Positions 18,803 through 28,370 of a DNA stretch of 64,000 nucleotides are shown piece by piece. Origin of the DNA: Oscillospiraceae bacterium. Lineage in GTDB: Bacteria; Bacillota; Clostridia; Oscillospirales; CAG-272. The DNA lies in the NCBI GenBank assembly GCA_015063745.1, contig SVTO01000005.1, positions 6,990-70,989 of the forward strand, read 5' to 3'. Under the pieces are notes generated by a model. That model was not told the DNA's origin. It ran no database searches and saw nothing but the letters and a program-made list of their open reading frames with translations. A program made the position numbers and the translations under genes. Within the stretch, counting starts at the first letter, position 1; each line of letters opens with the position of its first letter.

Positions 18803-19642
18803 TTACGTGAACTGCAGCTGCGTGGGATTGTCCTCTTCGGCGGCGTGGCGGTGGGCTTTGCTGCCGTAACGGAAAACGGGCACGGTATTGCCGCTTTCGT
18901 CGGGGTTGGCGAAGAAGCACAGGGTGCAGAGAGGATTGAACAGGGGCAGATGCTCGGTCAGACGGCCCAGCTCCGTGCTGTCATGGGCAATCGTGATGAC
19001 CACGGGATAGCCGGCAGACAGAAGGGAGAGGGGGGAAATGTCGGAGAAGGGTCCGTAGGGACGGCGGAAGAGATTGATCTCCTTGTCGAAATTCTCCCGG
19101 TTGATGAGCAGGATATGACCGCTGTCCGAGGCAGCGAACCGGCGGATATCCTCTCTGAAATCGCTGTTGTATACCGTGATCGCCGGCGCTTCCACACCGT
19201 AGACATCGGCAAAATAAGCGGACAGGGCGGTCAGCGAATGACGGATGGATTCCCGTTCCGCGGCGTTTTTCACGGTGATGATGTATTTTCTGACATCTCT
19301 TTTCGTAATCAGGGCAAAGATCACCTGCAGAGCCGTTGCCACCAGATCTCCCCTGCCGCAGGCAAAGGAAAAACGACCGGCAGAGAGGGCTTCCTCCGGT
19401 ACATCACGATCGGGACAGGCAGCACGGCAGAGCATTTCCGCAGCCGCAAACAATTCGGGGCGGGGGGCACAGTTGCCGTAGCCAAGCTCCTCACCGTCGA
19501 TCCGCAGCTGTCCGGAATCCGCTGTGGGATAAGGAATCCCGGCAAAAGAAACAGCACTTTCCTGACTGCCGCCGAACAGCGCAAGCGCCGCAGCCACAGC
19601 CCGACCTGCCATTCCGCCGGCTCCGGCCTGTTTCAAATTCAT
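18803..19642 (-). CDS. hypothetical protein
   Basis: 279-aa ORF with codon usage like its neighbours and a hairpin/T-run downstream. No family recognised with confidence. Confidence 0.5.
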   Translation of the reverse strand: MNLKQAGAGGMAGRAVAAALALFGGSQESAVSFAGIPYPTADSGQLRIDGEELGYGNCAPRPELFAAAEMLCRAACPDRDVPEEALSAGRFSFACGRGDLVATALQVIFALITKRDVRKYIITVKNAAERESIRHSLTALSAYFADVYGVEAPAITVYNSDFREDIRRFAASDSGHILLINRENFDKEINLFRRPYGPFSDISPLSLLSAGYPVVITIAHDSTELGRLTEHLPLFNPLCTLCFFANPDESGNTVPVFRYGSKAHRHAAEEDNPTQLQFT

Positions 19643-19815
19643 AATCTCACCCCTGACACCATATTTCCATATTGATTAAATATAGTATACCATATTTTGC
19701 GCCTTTTGTCCATGGGAATTTTGTATTTCGAAGGCCCGGAATACAAAATTCGGGGGCAGGAAACCGGATACGTTCCGATTTTCTTCCCCCGAGGGTTTGT
19801 GTAAAGTATTCCCGT

Positions 19816-20406
19816 TCACTTCCGGCAGAGTCCCGTCAGATAATACTGCATATCCTCCCCCGCTTCGATGAGCACACCCGTGTACTTCTGCCCGTCACGG
19901 AAAACCAGCAGCAGGGCTTCCTTGCGGAATATGGTAACGGTATAGTCGTACAAAGCAAGCTCGGGATATTTTTTGCGTACCTCCTGCAGCGTTTTCCCCG
20001 CCCCGTCTTCCTTTTCCGTGATCCGGACCGCATCCTCCAGGGCTTCCAGACCCATCAGACATTCGAGAACCCCGTTTTTGCTTCCCTGCCCGCGGACGAC
20101 GGCGAAATCCAGCATTTCCTTGGGCAGATGGGTGATGTGCATGGGATATTCCTCCGCAAGGGCTGTGCCGATGCCGGGGACGGTGGTGTCGCTTTTGGTG
20201 CGCACGGAGTAGACGAACCAGGTCATGTGATACCGCATCAGCAGATACAGCATGGCAACGATCCCGCCGATGCAGATCAGCTGAAACAGCCAGCCGAACC
20301 GGTCGATGATATTCCCCGCAATGTATCCGACAGCGGACACAAGTCCCGTCAGGATCATCAGAACGATCAGGGAAGGATAATTCTTCTGTATCGGTCTCCA
20401 CTGCAT
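19816..20406 (-). CDS. hypothetical membrane protein (2 N-terminal TM helices plus a soluble domain)
   Basis: 196 aa; hydrophobic segments at residues 12-32 and 40-58. Confidence 0.5.
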   Translation of the reverse strand: MQWRPIQKNYPSLIVLMILTGLVSAVGYIAGNIIDRFGWLFQLICIGGIVAMLYLLMRYHMTWFVYSVRTKSDTTVPGIGTALAEEYPMHITHLPKEMLDFAVVRGQGSKNGVLECLMGLEALEDAVRITEKEDGAGKTLQEVRKKYPELALYDYTVTIFRKEALLLVFRDGQKYTGVLIEAGEDMQYYLTGLCRK

Positions 20407-20416
20407 AAAGTACCTC

Positions 20417-20989
20417 TTATTCCTCGCCCGTCAGCATACGCACTTCATCTTTTGTGAATTTTCTGTCCACCAGAGGCTGCATGGCGTGATGCACGGGATG
20501 CTCGCTTTCATAGGTGTCGGAAAGCCGCATATAGCAGTACAGGGACGCGTCTTCCGCTACATCCACATTGTCAAATACCAGACGGCGGTAGTGATAGATG
20601 CCCTTTTCATAGGACTGTACGGAAGTGGGAGAGACGCGCTCGCCGTCCTTTGCCGCACCCAGCGTATAGGAAAACTCCGTTCCTTCGGGTACACCGGCAT
20701 AACCGAACAGACTGCGGTTGTAGCGTACGGTGATCTGTACCTGATGCAGCTCGGGGAAATAGACAAAGCCGTATACGGAATAATACCCGTCCAAGGAAAT
20801 TTCCCCTGCGGGATCCTCCGTGGTGACAGCGGAAAGCTCACCTGCGGCATAAGCGGCAATCATGGCATCTCCGGGGACAATATCCGTCATGACACTGCGG
20901 TCGGCGGACATACAGCAGCGCAGAATGATCAGCACGCAAAGCAGCAGTACGATAAGCGTTACGGTGGTGGAAATGATTTTTTTGAACAT
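20417..20989 (-). CDS. hypothetical membrane-anchored protein
   Basis: Start at MFKKIISTTVTLIVLLLCVLIIL (signal anchor). The ORF track extends to 21052 through a low-complexity AT-rich tract. Confidence 0.5.
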   Translation of the reverse strand: MFKKIISTTVTLIVLLLCVLIILRCCMSADRSVMTDIVPGDAMIAAYAAGELSAVTTEDPAGEISLDGYYSVYGFVYFPELHQVQITVRYNRSLFGYAGVPEGTEFSYTLGAAKDGERVSPTSVQSYEKGIYHYRRLVFDNVDVAEDASLYCYMRLSDTYESEHPVHHAMQPLVDRKFTKDEVRMLTGEE

Positions 20990-21159
20990 AATCCGACTCC
21001 AATATATAAGATAGCGATGCAGATATACATAGATGTACATATATTGTAACACGTATTTTTGAACAATTCAACCCTTCCGAAGGAATTGTGTCTGACGGCT
21101 TATATTTGTATCCTGCATGACGGAGTTTGAATTTTGTTTACAAAAACCGATTTCGATTA

Positions 21160-21188
21160 TTGACAAAGAAGCTGCTCTGTGCTATAGT
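21160..21188 (+). promoter_or_regulatory. sigma-A type promoter
   Basis: TTGACA-17 nt-TATAGT upstream of the lipoprotein gene. Confidence 0.55.
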
Positions 21189-21241
21189 ATAACTGACCAT
21201 AAAAATCCGTGCATGAAAATCAATATAAAGGAGAAAAAGAT

Positions 21242-23413
21242 ATGAAGAAATTGCTTGCTCTGCTTCTGGCGCTCTGCATGACTCTGCCCCTTCTGATATC
21301 CTGCGGAACGGGAGAACAGGCGGGAAGTGACAAGACGGATATGACGGAAACCGAAGCAGCCGTACCGAACGGACTGGTACTGGTATCCGAAGGTAAGACC
21401 GACTATGTAATCGTAACCGGCGAAAATGCATCTCCGGCAGACGCCAACGCAGCACTTGAACTGCAGAATTATCTGAAGCAGATCAGCGGTGTGGAAGTGC
21501 CCATCGTGAAGGACACAACGGCGGAAAGCGCAAAGGAAATAATCGTCGGCAAGACCAACCGTGAAGCGGAAGGGGAATTCCCCAGAGAAACCTTCAACGA
21601 AGACGGCTTCATCATCAAGACCGTGGCAGATAAGCTGTACATTGTTGGCACAGAGGAAAGAGGCTCCCTGTACGGTGTGTACGAATTTCTGGAATCCTAT
21701 CTCGGCTGCCGTTTCTACACCCAGGAAATAGAAAAAATCCCGACATTGACCACAATTTCCCTTTCTCCCATCGAAGAGGACAAGCAGATTCCCACTCTTT
21801 CCTGGCGTGTGCTGGGCTGGAAGGATATGGACGACATTGACTTTTCGGTAAAGAGAAAGATCTTTGGTTTGGGTACGGAATACGACAGACCCGACTGGGG
21901 CTGCAGCAAGAGCTGGGACGGCGGTCACAATATGACGGCTGACTGGGGGCTGATCCCCGTAAAGGAATATGAAAACGAGCATCCCGAATACTTCGCACTG
22001 GTGAACGGCGTGAGAGAAAACTCCGCAACATACGAAGGTTCCGAATTTACCCCTCAGCTGTGCCTGTCCAACCCGGAAGTAGTCACTCTTCTGACCGAAA
22101 AGGCTCTGCAGCATCTCCGTACGAATTACAAAGGACAGGGTGTATATCTCATAGGCCAATCGGACGGTGCGGCCATGCCCTGCGAGTGCGATGAATGCAT
22201 GAAGATCTACGAAGAAGAAGGCGGAGCCCTGTCCGGTACGCTGATCCGTGCGGTGAATGCGGTTGCCCGTGCTGCAAAGAAAGAATTCCCAGATGTAAAG
22301 ATCATGACCCTGGCATACAACTATTCCCGCAGTGCGCCGATCACACCGCCGGAGGACAATGTAGTGATCTGGATGACCGTCCAGAAATGCCAGTCCCATC
22401 CCGTATATGCGGACTGTCAGGCCAATATCGGTGCCATGGCATCCTACACGGACGGTACTTCCAAGTCCTTTGCGGAAAATCTGGAGGATTGGGGCAAGCT
22501 TACCGATAGAATTTACATTTACGAATATTATATGCACTATCAGGATTACCCCTGCACGCTGCCCGACTTCTACCATCTGTACGATGAAATGCGTTTTTAT
22601 TATGAAAACGGAATGGGTGGTATGTATGCCCAGGGCTGTGCAGAAGGACGGAGCACGGAATTCGGCGAACTGCGTGCCTACCTGGTCAGCAAGCTGCTGT
22701 GGGATCCCACGATTACCGAAGAAGAATACTGGGCAATGCTTGATGAGTATATGCTGTATGTATACGGCCCCGGCTATACCTATCTGAAGGACTATCTGGC
22801 TCTGGCAGACAGCCTTACGGAAGAACGGTGCATTTTCAACGACTACGTGCAGAATCAGTTCCCCATGCCCGTTGTAGAGGTAAACAAAACCAACACCCTG
22901 CCCGATGGCATAACCTTCGAAGAATTCGTGAACTACAAAGAAACCGACTGGTCGAAGTACTGGAACTGGTATAAGGACATCGAAGAACCCCGTATCATCA
23001 CCGAAGGCGAAATGCTGTTCGACAAGGCCATGGAACTGGCGGAAAACGATGCCCAGAGAACCCAGATCGATAAGAGCTCCATCCAGGTGGACTACATCAG
23101 AGCATACTATCTGTACTTCAAGTACCACTACGATATGATGCACGTTGAGAAGATGTTCAACCGTTTCTGCAAAAAATATCCGGAACTGGTAACCGTTGAG
23201 GGGGACGCTTTCTTTGCCCTGCGCACCGAATTGTATACATACCCCGCAGAGCAGGTGCGTATGATCTACGAAAACTACTGCAAAGAATTGATTGAACATA
23301 TGCTGCAGTATACCACCGCCTCCAACGACTGGTGCTTCCTTGAAGATTACGAAAACTTCAACTACGCCAACCGTCCCCAGTACTGGCATTTGCCCTATCT
23401 GGCTGAGTGGTAA
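21242..23413 (+). CDS. DUF4838-like secreted lipoprotein (glycoside-hydrolase-like)
   Basis: MKKLLALLLALCMTLPLLISC lipobox; ..ERGSLYGVYEFLE.YLGCRFYT.. is typical of DUF4838 proteins; AAGGAG SD. ~723 aa. Confidence 0.6.
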   Translation: MKKLLALLLALCMTLPLLISCGTGEQAGSDKTDMTETEAAVPNGLVLVSEGKTDYVIVTGENASPADANAALELQNYLKQISGVEVPIVKDTTAESAKEIIVGKTNREAEGEFPRETFNEDGFIIKTVADKLYIVGTEERGSLYGVYEFLESYLGCRFYTQEIEKIPTLTTISLSPIEEDKQIPTLSWRVLGWKDMDDIDFSVKRKIFGLGTEYDRPDWGCSKSWDGGHNMTADWGLIPVKEYENEHPEYFALVNGVRENSATYEGSEFTPQLCLSNPEVVTLLTEKALQHLRTNYKGQGVYLIGQSDGAAMPCECDECMKIYEEEGGALSGTLIRAVNAVARAAKKEFPDVKIMTLAYNYSRSAPITPPEDNVVIWMTVQKCQSHPVYADCQANIGAMASYTDGTSKSFAENLEDWGKLTDRIYIYEYYMHYQDYPCTLPDFYHLYDEMRFYYENGMGGMYAQGCAEGRSTEFGELRAYLVSKLLWDPTITEEEYWAMLDEYMLYVYGPGYTYLKDYLALADSLTEERCIFNDYVQNQFPMPVVEVNKTNTLPDGITFEEFVNYKETDWSKYWNWYKDIEEPRIITEGEMLFDKAMELAENDAQRTQIDKSSIQVDYIRAYYLYFKYHYDMMHVEKMFNRFCKKYPELVTVEGDAFFALRTELYTYPAEQVRMIYENYCKELIEHMLQYTTASNDWCFLEDYENFNYANRPQYWHLPYLAEW

Positions 23414-23438
23414 GACAAGTGAATCCATAAAATGAAAA

Positions 23439-23483
23439 GTGGGCTGACGTACTTTGGAATCTTTCCTTAGTACATCAGCCCAC
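23439..23483. terminator. hairpin terminator between convergent genes
   Basis: GTGGGCTGA(C)GTAC...GTAC(A)TCAGCCCAC. A second hairpin, CCCCACCCTTTTC..GAAGGGTCGGGG plus a T-run, lies at ~23510-23550. Confidence 0.55.
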
Positions 23484-23552
23484 CGAAGATTGGTACGATA
23501 ATTCTTCAGCCCCACCCTTTTCAAAGCCGAGAAGGGTCGGGGATTTTATTTT

Positions 23553-24539
23553 TCAGGGAATATAGCTGTCCCCCTGTACCCATTTCCGGGCGTACATTTC
23601 CTTGTCAATATCATTGGCTACCTCAGTCTTCCGCCGGCTCCACAGAGGGGCAAGAAGATCCTCAGCCATACCGTCCCCCGTGATTCTGCCGATGACCGTA
23701 TCCGGCGCGAACATCCGCAGCTGACAGCAGACCAGATGGGTGTAGGCTTCCTTTTCCATGGGTACATACCCGCCCGATTCGTACAGAGATGCAAGGGATG
23801 TATCCCGCAGAACATGGAGCAGATGCAGCTTTACCATATCCGGCCGGAGGGAGGCGGTGATCCGTGCGCTTTCGAGCATATCCTCCTCTGTTTCACCGGG
23901 CAGGCCGTTGATCAGATGGACCGCGACGGAGATTTTTCCATATCCGGGTGTGGCACCGGGGGAAAGCTTTTCCGCCAGTTCCTTCAGCCGGCTGTATCCG
24001 TCCAGAAATTCCCCGAAGGTGTGACCGCGGTTGATCCTTTCCGCCGTCCTGTCGTGCGCGGACTGCAGACCAAGTTCCACCATAACGGGAATCTTCTCCG
24101 CCGTTTCGCCGATCATCTCCAGCACATCCTCCCCGAGACAGTCCGCGCGGGTACCGATCCCCAGCATCACCGCCCCGGGCAGCTCTGCCGCATCGGCAAA
24201 AGCACGGCGGATACGGGAAATGTCCCCGTATGTATTGGTACCGGACTGGAAATAGGGAATAAATCCCGCCACCTTCCATTTCCGCTCGGCCGTGGCGATT
24301 CCGTTGGCGTACTGTGCCCCGATCCCCTCGCCCACCGCACTTCTGCTGCCGTCCTTGCAGTAGATGCAGCCGCCTTTTCCTCTTGTGCCGTCCTTGTTGG
24401 GGCAGGTACAGCCGATGTCCAGAGTAACCTTGGCGCATTTCCCGCCGAAACGGGTACGTGTATAATAATCAAAGGTCTGATACCGTTTGTTTGTATCGGA
24501 ATACAGATACGGATTCTCACTCTGCTGTGACATATTCAT
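23553..24539 (-). CDS. TIGR01212 family radical SAM protein
   Basis: 328 aa; ...DIGCTCPNKDGT.GKGGCIYC... cluster, ..YFQ..TNTY.., ..HLINGLPGET. Confidence 0.85.
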   Translation of the reverse strand: MNMSQQSENPYLYSDTNKRYQTFDYYTRTRFGGKCAKVTLDIGCTCPNKDGTRGKGGCIYCKDGSRSAVGEGIGAQYANGIATAERKWKVAGFIPYFQSGTNTYGDISRIRRAFADAAELPGAVMLGIGTRADCLGEDVLEMIGETAEKIPVMVELGLQSAHDRTAERINRGHTFGEFLDGYSRLKELAEKLSPGATPGYGKISVAVHLINGLPGETEEDMLESARITASLRPDMVKLHLLHVLRDTSLASLYESGGYVPMEKEAYTHLVCCQLRMFAPDTVIGRITGDGMAEDLLAPLWSRRKTEVANDIDKEMYARKWVQGDSYIP

Positions 24540-24606
24540 CCTCCGTTTTTGTGTATAGGGTTATTATACCACAAATTCCCCGTCTTGCATAGCACCCGGC
24601 GCAGAT

Positions 24607-25689
24607 TTACCCGACGATTGCCAGAGGGGAGGCTCTGCGGGAACCGATATACACCGCTCCCACAGGACGAATCCCGTAAACGGTGCCGATGTACATATTG
24701 GATACCGCCGCAGTCAGCATACCGGAGGTGCACCAGGGAGACACGGCACCGTTTGTTCCGTTGGCACGTACTCTGTACCATACCCCGTCCCCGTCCGCCG
24801 GCACAATGTCGGGATACTGCAGGGACGTGCCCGTGTACAGAGCGGTGAAATTCACCCCGTCGGCAGAACGCTCCAGCGTATAATCCTTCACGGGAACCAC
24901 CGGATCCTCCACTGCCGCCCAGGTGACGGTTACAGGACTGCCCGCCAGCAATGCACCCGTGCGGATGTATGCCGGCGCAAGGGGAACGGAGCCGCTGCGG
25001 GAAACCGTCTGTACCGGCGTGGTGATCTGCAGGGTGGTGACATATTTGTAATACGCACTCCCCCACTCCGCCTCGTCGAAGGTGCGGTACACCAGAACCA
25101 TGTACCACTCATACCCCACCGTATCCGCCATGGTGTACGTGCACTGCAGCTTCTTTGTGTAGGAAAGCAGTACCGTTTCCGTGAAATCCGCTTCCCCCGG
25201 CGCACGGGTGTACAGAGCCAGCCGGTATATCCCGCCGAAATGGCCTTCTTCCAGAGGGGATTCGACGACGGATACCGTGTTTTCGCAGTCCGCATACAGC
25301 ACCGGTGCAAAGGAAATCACAGGTGCTGTGTCACAGTCGGCAAAGGACAGGGTGAATCCGGTAATGGATGAGCCGGACAGCGCCAGCTTGTTGACGGGGA
25401 TAATGGGCTTTACCTCCATTCGCCTCGGCCCGTCCGGCAGATAGGGGATACGGCAGACCATGGTATCCCAGTCGTCAAGGGTCTCAAAGGTGTATGCCGT
25501 ATCGTTGTAAATACACTGCAGCAGGGTCCCGGGATCCCCCACGGCAGGATCGTCGTAGGCACCGATAACGCACAGATACTCCTCCGCACGCAGGACTGCC
25601 ACTTCAAAACCGTTGTCGTTCAGCGTGTAATCCAAGGCCGTGGTCATGGTCAGACAATGCCTGTCCGTCCTTGCATGATCCAGAATCAT
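24607..25689 (-). CDS. phage tail fibre / host-recognition protein with FN3-like C-terminal module
   Basis: 360 aa; AGGAGG SD 7 nt upstream; segment PVTVTWAAVEDPVVPVKDYTLERSADGVNFTALYTGTSLQYPD...YRVRANG resembles fibronectin type III. Confidence 0.45.
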   Translation of the reverse strand: MILDHARTDRHCLTMTTALDYTLNDNGFEVAVLRAEEYLCVIGAYDDPAVGDPGTLLQCIYNDTAYTFETLDDWDTMVCRIPYLPDGPRRMEVKPIIPVNKLALSGSSITGFTLSFADCDTAPVISFAPVLYADCENTVSVVESPLEEGHFGGIYRLALYTRAPGEADFTETVLLSYTKKLQCTYTMADTVGYEWYMVLVYRTFDEAEWGSAYYKYVTTLQITTPVQTVSRSGSVPLAPAYIRTGALLAGSPVTVTWAAVEDPVVPVKDYTLERSADGVNFTALYTGTSLQYPDIVPADGDGVWYRVRANGTNGAVSPWCTSGMLTAAVSNMYIGTVYGIRPVGAVYIGSRRASPLAIVG

Positions 25690-25701
25690 CGCATTCCCTC
25701 C

Positions 25702-26418
25702 TTATCTGTCCGCCAGCAGCAGGAAAATTTCCCCTTCCGCCAGAGAATCGGGCAGCGTGTACCCGTAGCGGATGTTGCGTACCGCGGATGCACCGGTGGT
25801 GTCGTTTGCGGCCTGCAGGATGCCGGTCATGACCCCGCCGGATTTCGGCAGAAGGTCATCGGCCGTCAGTCCGCCCACCGCACCGCTGCTTATGGCATAG
25901 GATACATTGTCCAGACTGTCCGCCGCACCCACCACGGGTCCGCAGAGGGTTTTGTCCATGCGGGTATCGGTGATCATGGCTTCCGTTACCGCTCCCGCAT
26001 CGGCGGCAAGAGTAACCTTTGCCAGCACCAGATCCCATGCTTCGCCGTCTCTTCTCGGCAGGGATGTATCATCCTCGACGGATTCCAGAGTGAAATACCC
26101 GGCGGCGGGATGGAGTCTGAGGCAGACGGTGTAGGTGTGGTCGGGAGAGAGGGGCAGAGTGGCCGCTTCCTTCAGCCACGCCATATGCCCGAGAATCCAC
26201 GCACATCCGGGAGATACCTGCAGAGAGGTCCCGTTTCCGGGAGATACGGCAAAGGCACCATCACCGGGTCGGATGATGCCGTCCGCGTAGAAACAGCGCA
26301 TCATCTGTGCGAAAAAGGCCGCATCCACCGCTTTGTTGCCCCGGGGGAATCCGTCCACGGTTTCCACAACGGATGTGGAATCGAACATGCCCCCGTTTAC
26401 TTGAATGGTTGTGTTCAT
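25702..26418 (-). CDS. phage tail/baseplate-associated protein (fibre-like)
   Basis: 238 aa; N-terminus ..GGMFDST......DRGNKAVDAAFFAQMMRCFYADGI resembles the conserved N-termini of Firmicute phage fibre/upper-baseplate proteins. Confidence 0.4.
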   Translation of the reverse strand: MNTTIQVNGGMFDSTSVVETVDGFPRGNKAVDAAFFAQMMRCFYADGIIRPGDGAFAVSPGNGTSLQVSPGCAWILGHMAWLKEAATLPLSPDHTYTVCLRLHPAAGYFTLESVEDDTSLPRRDGEAWDLVLAKVTLAADAGAVTEAMITDTRMDKTLCGPVVGAADSLDNVSYAISSGAVGGLTADDLLPKSGGVMTGILQAANDTTGASAVRNIRYGYTLPDSLAEGEIFLLLADR

Positions 26419-26433
26419 AATAAAACCTCCGTA

Positions 26434-27474
26434 TTATTTGTTCAGTTTGTCGATCAGACGGCGTATATCCCGGATCTCGTCGCCGAAGAGGGGATACAGC
26501 TGTTCCACGCCGTTTTCGTATACAATATCCAGTCCCGTCAGCTGTGTATGGGCACGCACACCCAGTACATCGGAACGGATCTCGCAGATATCTCCCAGAC
26601 CGTATCCCGTACCGTACCGGGGCTGGGCATCCCCCTCCGCTGTACAGTCCAGACGGATAAGGGGCGTGTATTCCCGGAGTATCTGCAGGCCTCTGGCGGA
26701 AAGGGCGGCGAGGTAGGCATCTCTGTCGGCGAAATCCGCTTCCTTCAGATCCGCCGCCTTACGGTATATTTCCCGTATGTCATCCCCGTCCGCGATGTTT
26801 TCCGCCGTCACCACCGTACCGTCCCCGCCTTCTATGTAAATCCGGTTGTATACATTGCCGCATTCCTTCTCAAAGGTGAGCGAGGCAATATTCCCGAATT
26901 CCTCCGAAAAAACCGCCTTCTCCGCTTCTCCGTCCCCGTCAAAGGAACGGTCAATACCCCGGATCAGCCGGAAAACCCCACGCTGAGCAGTCCCGTCATA
27001 CGTCACCGAGAAGGACATACCGTAAGGCCTCAGCATTTCGTACAGCCATTCCCCGAGAGGCTCACGGCTGCCGGAAAAGGCTGCCTCCGTATCCATTATC
27101 GGCTGCTCGGGGTCAATATCCACGGGAAGATCTCCCGCCGTGTCTCTGACCGCTTCCAGTACCGCATCGGTCAGAGAACCCGTGTACGTCACATTTCTCG
27201 GAAGCAGCCGGTCGGAGAGCAGACATTCAAGCATCCGTCCCCGCAGCTCGATCCCGTCCCCCGTAACGGAAACATATTCGATCCGTCCGCAGTGCAGTCT
27301 GTCGCACAGATACACCGCCGCAGAAGCGATCTCCGCCACCGCGCTGTCGCATCCGGGGAAGACCACCGTAAAGGTGCCGCAGGAATAATACCGCAGGGAC
27401 CAGACCACGGAAACCATGGTGTCCAGAGGCGTATTCAGTACGGCAAAATTTCTGTCGAGAAAATAAATTTCCAT
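26434..27474 (-). CDS. Siphovirus Gp37-like tail/baseplate protein
   Basis: MEIYFLDRNFAVLN..D...S..W..RYY.CG.F N-terminus is characteristic of the ReqiPepy6 Gp37-like family. Confidence 0.55.
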   Translation of the reverse strand: MEIYFLDRNFAVLNTPLDTMVSVVWSLRYYSCGTFTVVFPGCDSAVAEIASAAVYLCDRLHCGRIEYVSVTGDGIELRGRMLECLLSDRLLPRNVTYTGSLTDAVLEAVRDTAGDLPVDIDPEQPIMDTEAAFSGSREPLGEWLYEMLRPYGMSFSVTYDGTAQRGVFRLIRGIDRSFDGDGEAEKAVFSEEFGNIASLTFEKECGNVYNRIYIEGGDGTVVTAENIADGDDIREIYRKAADLKEADFADRDAYLAALSARGLQILREYTPLIRLDCTAEGDAQPRYGTGYGLGDICEIRSDVLGVRAHTQLTGLDIVYENGVEQLYPLFGDEIRDIRRLIDKLNK

Positions 27475-27483
27475 ATTTCCTCC

Positions 27484-28359
27484 TTATAAACCGAAGTATA
27501 AGGGCGTGCAGTACAGGCTGACGGAGAGAAATTCCCCGCCGCTGTCCGCCGAAACGGTGATTTTGTTTTCGCCGGGTTCCAGCAGGAAGAAATCGCTGGT
27601 GCGGTCGAATACAAAATGTCTCTCGCCGTTCAGCAGTACATTTTTGCGGCGCGGACGTGTGTCGATCTCCGCCGTGTCTCCATCCTGCAGAACGGTGAGC
27701 AGACGTATGTACCTGTCCCCGCAGGCCAGAACCGGATTTTCCACCATCCCGCCGTCTGCTGTCAGTACCGCCGTCATCCCGCAGGCCGCATCCCCCGGAT
27801 TGTACACCTCGGTCGTGTCCGTACTGCGGAGATACCCCGTGGTCATGCCGGTTTCTTCCATGAAATTCAGCGGGAAGGCCATAAGGGGCACGGTCTGACG
27901 GAAGGAAAAGGACAATTCCTCGGCATCCCGGTAGAAGGGATCGGGGGCGATGAAGGTCAGACTTACCTGCAGGGGAGAGAACAGGGTATCCTTGGCCAGC
28001 TTGGGCGTGTCGTGGGGAATGACGGTGATCAGACGGGACACGCCGTGGATTCTGATCCGCATCTCGATTTCGGAAAGGGGGTTCATAAGCCTTATGATCC
28101 GGCGTCGGATGGCGTGTTCCTCCTCAGGGGATGCGGCGTTTACCTCAGCGTGAATGGCCAGATACCGCTCCCCGAAGCGCCTGCTCACCGGATGCCCGCC
28201 GGGAAGACCCGCATATGCCTTGGTCTCCACCGAAAGCGCCGTGATGCCGAATCCCTCCAACCCCTCCTCCAGAATGTGCAGATCCGCATCCGCCGAGGAA
28301 GAAGCCGTCAGCGTCACATCCTTCCCGGACAGGCGGATCTCATAATGTGTGTTTGTCAA
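27484..28359 (-). CDS. distal tail protein (Dit, Sipho_tail-like)
   Basis: 291 aa immediately after the tape measure gene; TTG start with AGGAGG SD. Confidence 0.5.
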   Translation of the reverse strand: MTNTHYEIRLSGKDVTLTASSSADADLHILEEGLEGFGITALSVETKAYAGLPGGHPVSRRFGERYLAIHAEVNAASPEEEHAIRRRIIRLMNPLSEIEMRIRIHGVSRLITVIPHDTPKLAKDTLFSPLQVSLTFIAPDPFYRDAEELSFSFRQTVPLMAFPLNFMEETGMTTGYLRSTDTTEVYNPGDAACGMTAVLTADGGMVENPVLACGDRYIRLLTVLQDGDTAEIDTRPRRKNVLLNGERHFVFDRTSDFFLLEPGENKITVSADSGGEFLSVSLYCTPLYFGL

Positions 28360-28370
28360 AATATACCTCC

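Noticed and set aside
18803-19642. Possible degenerate helicase / type III restriction Res-like domain in the 279-aa hypothetical protein
   Set aside because: Only a vague resemblance (..ITVYNSDFREDIRRFAAS...ILLINRENFDKE..). No Walker A/DEAH motifs are present, so there is not enough to call it.
21182-23524. 780-aa minus-strand ORF. Similar very long antisense ORFs occur at 39698-42874, 42992-44944, 46928-48733, 54508-56430, 59272-60822, 5554-6987 and 25657-27489
   Set aside because: Each lies exactly opposite a gene with clear family signatures (DUF4838-like, glycoside hydrolase, mgtE, groEL, ylmH/divIVA and others). Their translations are low-complexity (G/V/H/R/F-rich) and lack SDs. These are typical shadow ORFs of GC-rich coding DNA.
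24540-24606. Search for attL/attR direct repeats, an integrase or a tRNA target flanking the phage-like cluster
   Set aside because: By eye there are no matching direct repeats between 24540-24620 and 37700-38830, no tRNA and no integrase. This absence is used as evidence in the finding rather than reported as a feature.
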